Assembly (NCBI RefSeq): GCF_009914755.1
Contig: NC_060930.1
Reading direction: 5' to 3' (one strand)
Source of the DNA: the human T2T-CHM13v2.0 reference genome, Homo sapiens
Length of the DNA: 64,000 nt
Shown in pieces: positions 15,673 to 29,830 of the stretch; positions within the stretch are counted from its first letter, which is position 1; the number at the start of each line of letters is the position of its first letter. Below the pieces are notes generated by a model. It searched no databases. It was not told where the DNA came from and saw only the letters and a program-made list of their open reading frames with translations. A program made the translations under genes and the position numbers.

Positions 15673-16203
15673 CAGCTTCATCTTCTTCAGAGCCAAATCT
15701 CCTGTGTAGAAGGACTCATCCTTAGTGAGCACAATTAGAATCTACAAGCTGAGAGATTATGGATGACTTCACAAGTCTCTTTAAACCCTTTGATTCCAGG
15801 TAGTATTTTTTGGTGGTTTATTATCATTTTGTTTTTGTACCATTAATGCTCAAAGACTTAGCAGTGGCTTCAGATATAACAACGCTTGCATAGATAATGA
15901 TTCTTTAAAATTTTAATTGCCGTCGGGAACACTCCCAAAACTTCTGAAATTATATACTTGTTAAATGTAAGCATTTTTAACCAGTGATGTCATTATGACA
16001 TATGCAAATATCGTAGGAGTTTTGGGGTATAAATTTATACTGGCAATTTAATTTTGTATTATGTTTGAGGTTAAACATAACTGAAATCATGGCAAATGTA
16101 AATAAATGTGTAAAATAAACATAAGTGGTGTGTGAGATACTTCTTCCAGGTCTACTTATCCACTCTTAATCTGCCAGTGGATCCCACTATTCTCAAGTTT
16201 AGA

Positions 16204-16375
16204 CCAGTGCTTGACAAATGTTAGCAAGCATCAGAAGCATCTCAAGAGCTTGTTAAAATGCAGATTCCTGGGCTTCACTCCCAAGCATGCCACTTTAGTA
16301 GGGACTGGGTGGAACCTGAGAATTTGCATTTCTAACAATTTCCCAGGTGAGGCTGAAACGGTTGCACTGCAGGTA
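16204..16375 (+). mobile_element. MER5A/B (hAT-Charlie MITE)
   Basis: gagcttgttaaaatgcagattcctgggc...cctgagaatttgcatttctaacaatttcccaggtga. Confidence 0.85.
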
Positions 16376-16761
16376 GCAAAGGTCTACGTATAGACTCCAG
16401 ATGTCTCTCACTCATTGTCTCATTCTATTGCAGTTCTTCCTTTTTCTGCTTCAAAGGAACCTTTCTCCATTAATGTAATAACTGATGATAATTAGTACAA
16501 ATGTATTCATGAGTGACTCATCCCAGGTTCTATGTGGACATCTCATGAGAATCTTCTTGAGATGCTTTAATTCAAAGAAATAAAATTAATAGTGGAAGTT
16601 TTCTATATCACAGAGGATGTTTATTTGGGCACAGAGGACTTTTAGCATCTCAGCATCCATTACTAGATGTAGGTGGACTAGTGTGTGAACAACAGCATTG
16701 TCTTTTTAAAACACTGATGAAGATGAACTCATATCTATAGGTAAAGCAGTTTAAAAAGTTT

Positions 16762-16793
<32 letters not shown>

Positions 16794-16801
16794 GTATATA
16801 T
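16762..16801. repeat. (CA)n/(TA)n microsatellite
   Basis: Direct reading. Confidence 0.95.
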
Positions 16802-19800
16802 AATTTTTTTTCTCACCAACTGCAAATAAGATTGCTCTTTTCCACAACTTCATGCATCAGGGTATGTAACAGATGTCAAGTGAAGTGACAGGGTTTTGGA
16901 TGATGTTCGTGAATTAAAGGGCAGATGTCAGTTTCAAGTGATGTGTTTTCTATAATATACTGTCTCTCTTTGTTTATCTTTCAGTTACAATCTATAAAGC
17001 AACTGTTCATCTATTTAGTCTTGGGTAGGGTGTAGAAATGCAAGCCAGATCTCAAATTTGGTTTGTCATTTACCTTCTTGAAAGATGTGATTTATGTTTA
17101 TAATAAAGTATTTGAAATGTCATTTAATAGGAAAACAAATGGCAGTAGGATTCCTGTGAGAAAAACAGAGAGAGAAAAGAGAAAAGGGGATTTGGAACTT
17201 TGAATCAGACATTTTTATCTCACTATACTTTAAGTTACATATTTTTATTTTAATTGTAAAAATTATCTGTCTTGATACATCTTTTCCATTTTTTTTTCCA
17301 AAAAGAATTCATCAGCTGGGTTAATGATGACACAAAATTTTAATATATGCATTAAACATTTAAGTTTTAATATGTTAACATGTCATAAGATGTGAATAAT
17401 AACAATGTTTTATATATGAAGTGAAAACATATTTTATGTTAGAAGTAGTTATAATGCTTGAAAAGTGACTTATATCCATAACAATTTCATTTAAATATTG
17501 CTTTTGCTTCCCATCTATCTTAGATGCAATTTTATAGTTCTTTTAAAAAATTCATTTCAGTGTGACCTCTTTGAGACTGCAACTTAGTGCCTCTAGCCTA
17601 CATATCCAATTGTACTTGTATTTGCTCCTATTCAATTACCTTTTAACATGCAGAGAGTAGCTAGCACCCAGGTCTGCATTCCCATTCTGAAACTCTCCAA
17701 GAATTACAACTTCAGTTCAGGTGCACTGAAATAAGAGAGAAGGGCAAAAAGAATCTATCATGGTACTCAGATGTTAGATCCCATGGGTAGTTTTAAATGT
17801 CCAGAGTCTGGGCTCTTACCTGCCCCTAGAATGGACTTCAGAAACTTTATTCTGAAAAGTGTAGAAATATATTCTTAAAGGAAACCTTGAGAGATTTCTG
17901 TGTCTTGCATTGGGAAACAAAGAAGGAGATGCCTGAATAAGAAAGGAACTGTAGTTCATAGAATAGAACCACAGGCACTTTTTCTTTTTTTAAAGATTTG
18001 GTTGTCATAGCTACTCTAAGATTCAATTACTACATCAGTAAAAATTGTTGATTTATATCTTCCTCTATGAAAATGCAGTGATAAAATGAGGAAATATACA
18101 AATATAATGTTTGAAAAGATCCCAAATTTAAAAAAAATTCAGACATTACTATTACCAGGCATCTATTATGAGACAGATTTGGGAGTTGCCACACATGCTT
18201 TCTAGAGTTTAGATTTGTGCCTCTAGTGTTTTGATGATAACTCTTAAGCCTTTGGCAGAAAACTTACACCTTTGTATACAATAAACCTACCCCAGTAGAG
18301 CTGGGTCAATATCTATTTTCTTCAGAGTAGAGGGAGGACTACATGGGTTGTATACATATATCAAAATAGCACATTTTACCCATAAATATTTACAGTTATT
18401 TAATTAAAAAATAATATTTAAAAGATTTTTAAAAAATATCTAACTGCTGTCTGGATATTTTGCCTTCAGCAGAAGAAAAAAAACCTTAAACTGGTATTGT
18501 TCATGAAGATTTACACCAAGAGAACTGTACCAGAAAATATCATCTGATCTTATTAGATTATAAATAACTCAACCAACTACAGAATTCCCTTGACAGATTG
18601 CTTTTGGAATTGACTATGAACATGGTAGAAAGTTTCATTTTTATTCTGCCTTTTTAAATCTATATGGATGGGATCTTAGGAAATTAAGTGCATTTTTAAA
18701 GACTTTTACAGATATATGTAGTCTATCAAAACTCTCCCCAAAAAACAAAATTTGTTCTTTCCCATCACAACTGTAAAGAATTTGATAAACTTCATCACTA
18801 ATGTTCATTGACTAAGAAGGATTATTATGTTTTTTCAATGGAATGATTTAAATTGTTATAGAGTGCAAAGCTTCTAGCCAAAGAAATAAATTCCTAATCA
18901 TGGAATGCCAGATTACAAACTGTGTGAAGAGAAATTTCCATGATGAACCACTTCCCGATCTCACTAGCAATGGCCTAGTTCACCTGCATGTAATCCAGTC
19001 CATCTAGCTATTTATTTCTTACATTACTTCTCTATGGCTGTGGCTGTGTTGGGCTGTGCAGTGATTAGATGAAAAATCTATGCATGGTGTCCATGCGTAG
19101 ATTCATTCTGAAAGCCCTGATGTTGCCACCGGCCTGTGTCAGGCTGGCTTCTCCTGACTATGAAGAGAATCTCTATCATTCTTACATATTTACTAAATGG
19201 AGCTCTTTCTCCCCTTATAAATATTTTGTATTTTGACGTGGTTTCATCACTAAATGCATCTCAAATAATTTTACTTGAATAACTATGAACAAGCCTAGTG
19301 ATTCTTCATACTCCTGCGTTCAGTTGTAAACCTGAATGTGCTCTTTGTTCGTAAATGGAAAAGGAAGCTATTCCACAAATGGCTTGTACTGGTTTGGGTC
19401 CAACTCTTTTCTCTTTCCTAAGGTGGCTACACCCATGGTCTTTTAACTGTGGTAGCAACATACTTAAAAAAAAAGTGTTCAAAGAGTCAAGACTTGAGGT
19501 TTATTTTTCTTCCAGACTGTTTTGTAATTCTCTGGTTAAAAAATAACTATTGTGTTTTATGAGAATAACAATGTTATTAAAATAGCTCAAGACGTCTTTA
19601 GAACATAAAATATCCATGAAAAACAATAATGTACTTAAATAATTTAAGCAGTGATGAATAAAAACATGTGGGTTAAATTTTTCTTAAAATTGTACTCTGA
19701 TTTCAAAACAAAATAAAAAATAAGTCTGGGAAAAATTCATTTTTGAAGTCAACAAACCAAAGTTTAGTTAATCATTCAAGATATTCATCGAGTTCTAAAA

Positions 19801-20570
19801 TAATAAGACTTTTTAAATTATAAATTAATTATACTATGTTTTGCATATTTAGTAGAGACACCAATAAGTGAAAGCATGAGTAGTTCCATCCTCACCTTGC
19901 TGCAGAGGATAGCAGAATAGCCTAAAATAGTATCATTTCTAATGAATGCAAATACAATTAAATCAATTTTATTATTTCAAGCTATAAACGTTTTTAATAG
20001 TCCCAAATGGAAATTCTCTTCTACATCTATGATTTGTTAGTACTCTGCTTCTCCTCATGTGTTGTCCAGTATTTGTTGTTATTGTCACTTGCAATGGCGT
20101 TTCACCATTCTATTGTCAGCTCCTATATGGCAAGGGGGCAAATCCTACACATGTTGTGCCTGTCACCACACAGAGTATAGTGTCAGGACCATAGTAAAAA
20201 TATAAAGTCAAGACGTTTAAAAGATTGATCTCTTTAGCAAAACTTCAGAAAATTTTAATCACAATAAAATAAAGAATATTGAAGCAATATTTAAATTTGA
20301 GATTTATCAAAGCACCGTATTTTTTTTACTTGAGTTGTTTTGCTTTTGTAAAATTTTATTCTGAATCTTATTTACTGCAAAAACCATAATTGTAATTCAA
20401 ATCTTAAAAACTAATGTATTCTCCAGCTTTTGGTCTGGGCTGAATCAGTGTCAAAGCTAATGTATATCTTTGTACTGAATATTTTAACTCGGACATTAGT
20501 TGGGGGCCACCGTCTTCATTTAAAGCCTGAGATATTTCAGCTCAATATATTGGCTTTCTATTTTCCTGAA

Positions 20571-20718
20571 GGGAGGGAAAGAAAGAGGGGGAGGAGGAGA
20601 AAGAGAAAAATCAGGAAAAGAAAGAGTAAGAGGGAGGACAGGAAGAAAGAAAGAAGAAAGGAGGGAAGAAGGGAGGGAAAGGAAGGAAGAAAGGAGGAAA
20701 AATGATAGAAGAGGGAGG
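20571..20718. repeat. GA-rich polypurine low-complexity tract
   Basis: Direct reading (gaaa/ggaa/gagg units). Confidence 0.9.
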
Positions 20719-21539
20719 TATAAAAATGGTCTTTCTACTCAGAGCTGAAAACCCCTGGGTTTAGGTTCTTTTTAACATAAAAAGATTATATTTATTTGCT
20801 AACATTTTTGGTGGTGGCAATTGGAGAGGATGGCAACAGTATTCTTTGACTGTTGATTTATTTATTTTTGTTTTACCAAATAAAATAATAAAACAGTCAT
20901 CTCAGATACTTTGCTCGAAAGTTTTGTATTTTCTTTTTTTAAATATCATGCATTCCTAATGTAGATGAAAATTGGGTAAAATGCAGCAGTTTGATTTTTT
21001 AAAAATAAAAATTTGCCCTGTAATATTTAATGTCCTACTATTAGTTAAGTAGACATTCTTTAATCTTTCTTGAGCTCCCTGGTACTGGGATCCAATATCT
21101 GGCATTGAGCCTGATGCAGGTGGTGACTCATTACATTCTGTTTGGATTAAATCATTCACTTCAAGCTTTTCTTCTGACCGTAAATTCATACATATTTTTT
21201 TCCTGGGTAGAAATCAAAGAAAGTGTTTGACTCTTTAATTATGAAGACAATTTTTAGAACCACATCTAAATCTTTTCCCATGGGTATTTTCTGACAGAAT
21301 AACTATTTTTATCCAGAGCTTTTCTTTACAATGTTATTTACCCACATTGTAGTTTTATATGGAATTATGTTCAGGCTTATCAAAAAATTTTGGCTACGGA
21401 GTTATCTCCCCACATTTAAGTCATAAATACTTATTGCCTCTTCCAGAAATTCTCCAAATATGAGTAGATTGGAGTTTTATCCTGAAGGTGCTCTAGTTCC
21501 ACTGACCCAGCTCCATTGGTGCAAGCCATAAAGACTGGC

Positions 21540-23400
21540 TACTATAAGCCTGATTATAAAATAAATCTCAATAAATTTAATGGAATCAAAAGCATGCAAG
21601 ATATATTCTTCAACCCAATGAAATTAAATTGGAAATCAACAAACTGATAAAAGCTGGACAAATCCACAAATATTTGAAAATTAAGCAACACACTTCTAAA
21701 TAACCCATGGGTCAACAAGACCACAAGGAAATTTAGAATAAGGTTTTAACTGAATAAAAGCAAAAACAAAACATATTAAAATTTACAAGATGAAGCCAAA
21801 GTAGTACTTAGAGGAAAATGTATAGCATTAAACACCCACATTAGAAGAACAAACTTTCGCCTTAGGAAAACAGATAAAGAATAGCAAACTAAAAGCATGC
21901 AGAATGAAGAAAATAATAAACACTAGATCAAAAACCAATGAGATAAAAAGCAGAAAAACAGCAGAGAAAATTAATTCAATCAAAAGTTGGTTCTTTGATA
22001 AGATCATTAAAATTGACAACACTTTGCTAGAATCAACAAAGTAAAACAGAGAACAGACAAATTACCAAAAATCAGGAATGAAAGAGAGGACATTCCTATT
22101 GACCTTAAAGAAATGTTAAAGATCATAAGGGATTAGTAAGAACAAGTTGATGCCAACAAGCTAGACAAATCAGAAGAAACTTTAAAATTCCTAGAAAGAC
22201 AAAGTACCAAAATTGACTCAAGAAAAAATAAGCAACCTTAACTGATATATTACAAATGAAATATAGAATTAGTAATGAAAATGTCTTCCTACAGAGAAAA
22301 ACTCAAGCCCAATTTCCTCGGTAAATTCTATGAATCATTTAAAGAAAAAAATGACAATTCATTACAAACTCTTTCAGAAAAATAGAAGAGGAGAGAACAC
22401 TTGCCAAAGCTTATACTATAAGGATAGTATTATTCTGATATTACAGCCAAACAAATGCACTATAAATTATGGACAAATATCTTTCATGTAGATAGATATA
22501 GACACAAAATTTCTCAACAACAAAATGTTAGCAAACAGAATCCAGCAGTATATGGAAGGGATTATAAACCATGACCAAGTTAGATTCATACCGGAAATAC
22601 AGGATTTGGTTTCACATTGAAACACTAATTAATGTCATATGCCCAATTGATGGGATAAAGCTGAAAAAATTTACATGAAAATTTCAATAAACACAGAAAG
22701 ATAAACCCAGCACCCACTCATAACAAAAATTTTCACAGATAAGGAATAGAAGAGATTATTGCCAATCTTATAAAGGACACCTACAAAAAACCTACAGCTA
22801 ACATCAGACATAGCTGTCTGATGTTAATGAATGAAAAGAGTTGAATACCTAAGATAAATCGAACCAAAGAAGTGCAAGAGAATACAACATTGACAAGAGA
22901 AATTAAAGATCTAATTAAAGGAGATCCACTCATGTTCATGAAATGAAAGATTAAATACTGTTAAGATGTTAATTCTTCTGGACATGATCTTTAGCCTCTC
23001 TGCAATCCTTAATATCCTAACGGGCTTTTCTGTAGAAATTGACAAATTGACCCTAACATTTGCGTGGAAATGCAAAGGACCCAGAAAAGCAAAAACAGTT
23101 CTGAAAAGGAACAGAGTTGGAGGATTCATACTTTCCCACTACAAAACATAAAGAAACATAAAGTATAGACCACAGTAATCAAGCCAATATGATATTGGCA
23201 TAATGATAGACATGTAGTTAAACAGAGCAGAACTGGGAATCTGTAAATCATTATATTTATGATCTGTTAATTTTTCAACACAAGTTGCAAAGCAGTCAAT
23301 AGGGTATAGGACAATCTTTTCAACAAATGGTGCTGGTATTGGATATCCACTTATAAAAATATATTGTCTAAAAATATCTACCAGAAATTGTATAATCACT
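21540..23400 (+). mobile_element. Old L1 (L1M) ORF2 remnant with internal deletions
   Basis: Colinear ORF2 motifs, e.g. ttggttctttgataagatc, ccatgaccaagt, tctttcaacaaatggtgctgg; residual frame ...WKCKGPRKAKTVLKRNRVGG. Confidence 0.88.
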
Positions 23401-24699
23401 ATAATCAAAATGTTTTACTACATATACTGCACATAATTTTTAACTAAAATGAGATAAAAGTAATTTTATCTTATAATATAGCTGTAAAAACATCTTAAGC
23501 AACTTAAGTGTTTCAAATATGTAACTTACAGATTCTAAAGTTTTACATTTATTTCTGTTACAAAGGATAAATGAACAGTTATTTATAAAGTTGAATATAT
23601 AGTTGCATGAAGGAATTGATTAACTTATGTCATCCTGATTAAAGATTTAAATGTATTTACATGAAATAACATTCAACCTAGTCAGAGCATTTTGAAAATA
23701 GATATATTGTTAAACTAAGTAGTTGAGTATTTAGTTCTGGCTTTTATTCTTGTTATTGAACTGGCAAGCTCAGTTGCATGTAATTTATAAAATTTGCATG
23801 GTGAATGTTAGACAACATGATGCCCAGAATTTTAGATTAAACCAGGTGTATTATTATTTAATATAGGTTGAATTATATTATGAGCATTTTTCTATTACAT
23901 GAGCTATTACACAATATTATACACTTAAAAGTAAAAACTCAATTTAGAGGCAATATAGCCATTAACAAAGAAAATAAGGCAAATATTCTTTTTTTAATAA
24001 TCCTCAGATAAAAGAGAATTTAACATGTGTAATCTTCAGGGAGTATAAACCCAGGGTTTTGGGTAAACTCATACTTGTAGGTTCTTGGTGTCTTCTATCT
24101 ATGTGCTGTATAGGAATGAAAAAGACAAGTACTCCTGAGTTAAGCTGGGAACTACTGGGCATTAAATGCATGAATGAACAGAAAAAGTTACTCATTATTC
24201 AAGACATCCATTTTTGCTAACAAAAATTAAAAGAAAGTCTCTAATTATATTCACACTGCCTCTTCACAGCCTGATACTAATAAAGGATGGAGTATATTTC
24301 AACCAAAATAGCGGTTTGGCATATGTTGAGAAGACTTAGAGAAATTGGGAGTTAAAGTGATATTTTCAACTCTAAAACATCCCCTTGGCACTACAAAAAT
24401 CTTCTATTTTTGACCCAGGAAATGGGACTGGGATATGGCCATGGCCAACTGGCCTTAAGGACATTATTAAAGAAAATCCACATTCAAGAAAAAGATGAGA
24501 TAAGTAACTACAAAAGGCAGAGTTATTTTCATTCATAATTAGCCCTTCAATGCCATTTCTTACAAGCTGATACTGGGCCTAATCCCTGCAATTCCTGCTT
24601 TACCAGCAAGTCCTGGTAGAACCTTCTGAGAATTTTCATATTCCAGGGTTCTTCTTGAAATATTCCACCACTAGCCTGAAGGCAAGTGTAAGCTGCATG

Positions 24700-26462
24700 A
24701 AGAAGTGTCCCAAATGCCCACGCCCCCTATTCCTGCTACGCTGCCTTCTCTCTCTCAGACCTCACTTACGGCCTCATGAAGAGTTCCCTACAATCGACTG
24801 ACTAAGGAAGAAAGAACTCAGGCCTGGTTCCAGATGGTTCTGCATGATCTGAAGGCACCCTCTAGAAACTTGGTCATCTATAGCACATCAGCCTCTTCCT
24901 GAGATATTCTTAAGGACAGCGGTGCAGAAACGTCCTGCCACAGGGCAGAAATTTAAGCAGTGCACCTGGCCATTTGTCTCAAAGAAGAAATAGTCAGACT
25001 AAGACCAAATTGGCTATAGCCACTGCTGAGTGCCCAATATGCCAACACTAGAGACTAACACTAAGTCCCCAAGCTGTCACAGTTCACTCGGGTCATCAGC
25101 CAGGTAATTGATGGCAGCTTGATTCATGGATTTTTATCCTGGGGCCAATATTTTGTTCTTACTGGAATAGACATTTATCCTGAGTACGGATTGCCCTGAC
25201 CTGCACACAATGCTTCTGCCAAAACTACCTTTGGTGGACTTACAGAATGCCTTATCCAGTATCATTTTGTTTCATCCAGCACTGTTTCTGATTAAGGAAC
25301 TCATTTCACAGCAAACAAAGTGTGGCAATGGGCCCATCCTCATGAAACTCACTGATTTTATTATGTTATCCATTGTCCTGAAGCAGCTGGCTTGATAGAG
25401 TGGTGGAATGCCCTTTTAAAGACTCAGTTACAGCAATGGCTGAGTGGAAATGCCTTACAGAACTGGGGCCGTGTTCTCCAGGTGGCTGTATATGCTCTAA
25501 ACCAAGCATCCAATATATGGTGCTATTTGTCCTATGGCGAGGACTCATGGGTCCAGGAATCAAGAGGCAGAAATGTGAGTGGCACCACTCACTACTATTG
25601 CTAGGGATCGACTAGCAAAATATTTGCTTCCCTTCACTGTGATCTTAGGGCACTGCTGATCTTGGTTCCAAAGGGAGAAATGTTTCCATTAGGATACATA
25701 ACAATAACCCATTGAACTGGAAGTTATGACTGCCAACTGGCCACTTTGAGCTCTTTATGCCGCTAGGTCAGAGGCAAAGAAAGCAGTTGCAGAACTGGTT
25801 GGAGTGACTGATCCTGATTATCAAGGGAAAACCTCACTGCTACTACACTGTGGGGGTAAAGAAGACTGTCTGCAATGCAGGAGATGGCTTCGGGCATCTC
25901 TAACTACTACCATGTCCTGTGACTTCTAGTTAATGGAAAACTAAGCAGCCCAATTCAGCCAAGACTTCTAATTGTCCAGACTCTTCAAGAGTGAAAGTTT
26001 GAATTACTCTATGAAGCAACAAACCATAACCAGCTGAGGTGCATTCTGAGGGCAAAGTGAATATGGACTGGGTACAGGAAGAGGTGCTTTATAAATACAA
26101 ATTATGACGACACAACCAGTTTCAAAATGAGGGCTTCCTTTTTTAAAATTATAAATATATTCTTATATGTATTATCCAAATAGTTTTGTTTTCTTCTCTT
26201 TCTTATGCCCTTATTATCTAGCATAAGGTGTATGTAATTAACTTTATACCACAGTATTTAAGTTATAGGAAATCAAAGGAGAGGGGTGAATATTACTTAA
26301 AGGCTTTCTATCCTCTCTTGGGGAACAAGCTGTCATGTTTTTGGTTGTACACAGAATAGTTACACCATGTTAGACAGAAATACAACTATGCTATTGTCCT
26401 TTGGAGATTAAGTATGGTTTAAGGAGATATATATATGGATGTTAAGTTGACAACGGGTGGAG
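24700..26462 (+). mobile_element. ERV-L internal remnant: RNase H, integrase and dUTPase pseudogene, then the PPT
   Basis: Integrase-like IEWWNALLKTQL...LQVAVYALNQ (ORF 25392-25604); dUTPase motif GVTDPDYQG at about 25800-25827; PPT-like gttgacaacgggtggag before the LTR. Confidence 0.88.
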
Positions 26463-26875
26463 TGTGATGGTCAGTTTATGTGTCAATTTGGCTAGGCTAT
26501 AATCCTTAGTTATTCAATCACACATCTAGGTATGTGGTGAAGGTATTTTGTAGAGATAATTAAAGTTCGTAACCAATTAACTTTAAGTAACGGAGATATC
26601 CTAGATAGGCTAGGTGAACCTGATTCCAACAGTTGAAAGTTATTAGGAGAAGTACTGAGGAATCCCAGAAGAAAAAATTTCTATCTCTGGGCAGCAACTT
26701 CAGCTCATGCCCAAGTGTTCTGGCGTGTCCCTCCTGACAGCTGTCCTTCAGATTTCAGAATTGCTTTGGCATCCTCCACAATGAGGCAAGCCAATATCTT
26801 ATAATAAATCTCTAATATCTCCGACTGGTTCTGTCCTCCTGGTTCTGTCCCTCTGGTTGAATGCTGATGAATACA
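26463..26875 (+). mobile_element. MLT2 3' LTR of the ERV-L remnant
   Basis: tgtgatggtcagtttatgtgtcaatttggctaggcta ... ggttctgtccctctgg..gaataca. Confidence 0.85.
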
Positions 26876-29269
26876 GCCATTTAAAAACCTTTGGGCAAAT
26901 AATACATTAAAGTTTCTTTTAGATGTTAACACTAAAATGCCACCGTTTTGTCTGATGGTTTACCAAGGGACAGGTTACTGAATATGGAACTTTGAGGGAA
27001 ATGACAGGAGTGATGGGGAATCGGTGCCCTCTTAGAATGGGAGTGGTCATCCCATAGGCTCTAGACATCCAAAAAGACTGCAGGAAGGGAAAAGTATCTG
27101 ATGAAGGAAAGGATGCCTAGGCATGACAAAGACCTATGCAATGAAGGCAGGGAGACGGGCAAAGAGAGAATTTATGGTTGTACATACAGGCATCCCTGGC
27201 TACAAATCCAAAGTAGAACAGGATTCTGTGATTATCAACAAGATGCCCAGGGACATATTAGGCGGTGCTGCAACTGTGACCCTTTTTTTGCTGCAACTGT
27301 TTGCTTTTTGCTTTCTTGTTTCTTTTTGTTTTCCTCATCTTCTTCTTCTCTTTTTAATTACTCTTCATAATTGTTATAGTAGTTACCTTTAAAAGAAAAA
27401 TCAACAGGACTAGCAAATAAAGTGTGAGAGTTTTCTGTATTTTATGTCATCAAATACACCCAGTGGTCCTGTGAGATAGGCATCCTAAGTTATTCCTAAA
27501 ATGGTTAGAGAGTAGAAACCATTGCCCAAGGAACTTTTATAAATACAAGTATAAATACAATTGCCTAAGGCCCTTGTATACGTCAATTGCCTGAGGACAC
27601 CTGCCTGGTGTCAGAGCTAGAATACTATCTTAATTCTGTTCTATCTATAAAACCTAGATTCTCAATTATTGCATTATCCTGCACTCCAAAGAGAAATAAT
27701 TTCCATAGAGTCAGCACCAATGGCAGATAGAGGATAATTTGCAGACCCAGAAGCCACATTTTAGAAGGGACTTGGAGAGATGACAGGGCTTTGATTTTGA
27801 GTTTCTGTTCCACAGGAAGCCAGGATGTCCATCTGACTTCAATTCTCTCCTGATTATTCCTTGCTCCTGAAAAAGATCAGATTGATACACACACTTCCTT
27901 TTCATCTCATCTCGTGCCACTTTTTAAAATTCGGCCTGTTTACTAGAGCAGATTCTTTTCAGCATATACTTGGCCATGTGTAACGAGGAAAGGAGGGTAG
28001 GAGATGGTTTCTGCAAACATGGCAAGCTTTAGATTGACCTTTCTTTAAGGGAATGCTGAAGTTAGGAGGAGTACCTTTCCCTCTACTACCTAAGAAGACA
28101 GCTTTTTCAAAGCTCTCTCTAGCTTTGAGATAATGGATTTGCATATCCAAATTCAAGGCAATTTACATGTTTTTAAAAAATCAGAGAAACTCATAGATAA
28201 TATCAACTTCTGAAAAACCTGAATACGATAAATTACACTAATTCAAGTAGATGATGTGGAGGTCATTATAATATTAAGAAGCAAAAAAGAGTATCATTTC
28301 TCACTGCTTAAATTTGTGTGTGTGTGTGTTTTTTTCCTATAGTCTCATTAAACCTATTTTTAAAAATATCTTAGGGAACTCTACTGCATCTTCATTTATT
28401 TTAATATTATTAAATGGGTCTTATCAAAGTAGAAGTTCTTAGATTGTATGTCCTTATTTTCAACTCTTTTCTCCTCTATTATTCATAACTGTGTGTGTCA
28501 ATTAATTTCTTAAGTTGGGAAATTACTGCTATATATTGTTATATTTTTAAAAACTATTTTCCATCAACTAGGGATGGAAATAGGAATACTGTTAGCTTCT
28601 TAGCAATTGAGCTTTCTAAATTATTTCTAAAAATTGAGAAATCAGATGTTCTCCCAAACTAGCTGGGCAACTAGTAACCTAGCCTAAGCCTCATGAAGGA
28701 TTTTAAGAATTAACTTCTGTATTTTAAAAGTCCATACATACCAGAGACACGTGCTTTCTATAAATATGAAAAACATTTGGTTATTCAACTTGACTTGAAA
28801 ACTTAAATTTTGACTCGGTTCATTATTTAAGACACTACATGTTTTCTATAAATAATGTGTTTTTATCATGGCTCTTAGACTTTCAGCAATTTCTTAATAG
28901 CAACATATATATTATCAAGAAAGACTAACATGGCTTTCTTTTGCATAGATTTTTTCAAACCATTAATATCTGCATAAAATTAATTAACAATCTAATAATA
29001 TGAATGAAGAATAGTAAAGATTAGGATGCTAATAATTATGATAAAAGCAAAGTTTATTTTCCTTTCTGTTCTTTTAATCCTAAAGTTGTCACAAAATATG
29101 TAGCTCTTGAAACTAAGATCTTGTTGAATTATTCATACTTCCTTTTCTTATTTAACCAGCAATTTAGCTTTTTCTCTTTTAATGCTTAGGAATACTCAAA
29201 CTTCCTTTCTTCAAAAAAAATTGTTTTTTTTCCCAATGAATATCCAATAAACCACAGGGTTTTGGAAAG

Positions 29270-29830
29270 CAGTTTGTCCATGTTCCCACTCCAACACTTA
29301 CTGAGTAATATTGGGCAGGTCAATTAACATGGCTCCACTTCAGTTTCCATATCTGCAAACTGGAAGTTATATTACCTATTTTAATGGGTGATTGTAATAC
29401 TAAATTGATATATTGCATGCAAAGCACTTTTAAGAAAGTATAGGATAATAAACACAAGTTAGTTAATAGTTATGTTTAAACTAAGAAAGTTTAATGAAAT
29501 GTGTGGATTTTTTTCTCAAATTACTTTAAACTCATAACCTTGGCTGCTAAAGTGCTATATCCTCCTTCTTGCCCCATTCTCCATAATCAGTCCTATGGGG
29601 GAGCATGTGAAATTGAAAACCCATATGACTTCTGGTCAGACTAACCCTGGTTTCTCTACTTACTAATTTTACGATCTTGTATAACGTGCTATGTCTGTCT
29701 GAGACTCATTCCCCTCTTCAATAAAATAAATAAAAAAGAATAATACCTATATTGACCTATATTGCAGGATGATGTGAAGCTTGTGTGACTTGCATGTGAA
29801 ACATCCAGTGTGGAGGGGACGCATACAGTA
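29270..29830 (+). mobile_element. Two MIR SINEs (about 29270-29470 and 29620-29830)
   Basis: MIR cores ttgggcaggtcaattaac...cttcagtttccatatctgcaaa and gagactcattcccctcttcaataaaat. Confidence 0.65.

Noticed and set aside
18935-19115. C/D-box snoRNA (ATGATGA ... CTGA)
   Set aside because: The boxes are about 170 nt apart with no convincing terminal stem or recognisable guide sequence
20430-20705. Arg/Lys/Glu-rich ORF (also Phe-rich and Lys-rich ORFs at 38027-38296)
   Set aside because: Translation of low-complexity purine or pyrimidine tracts
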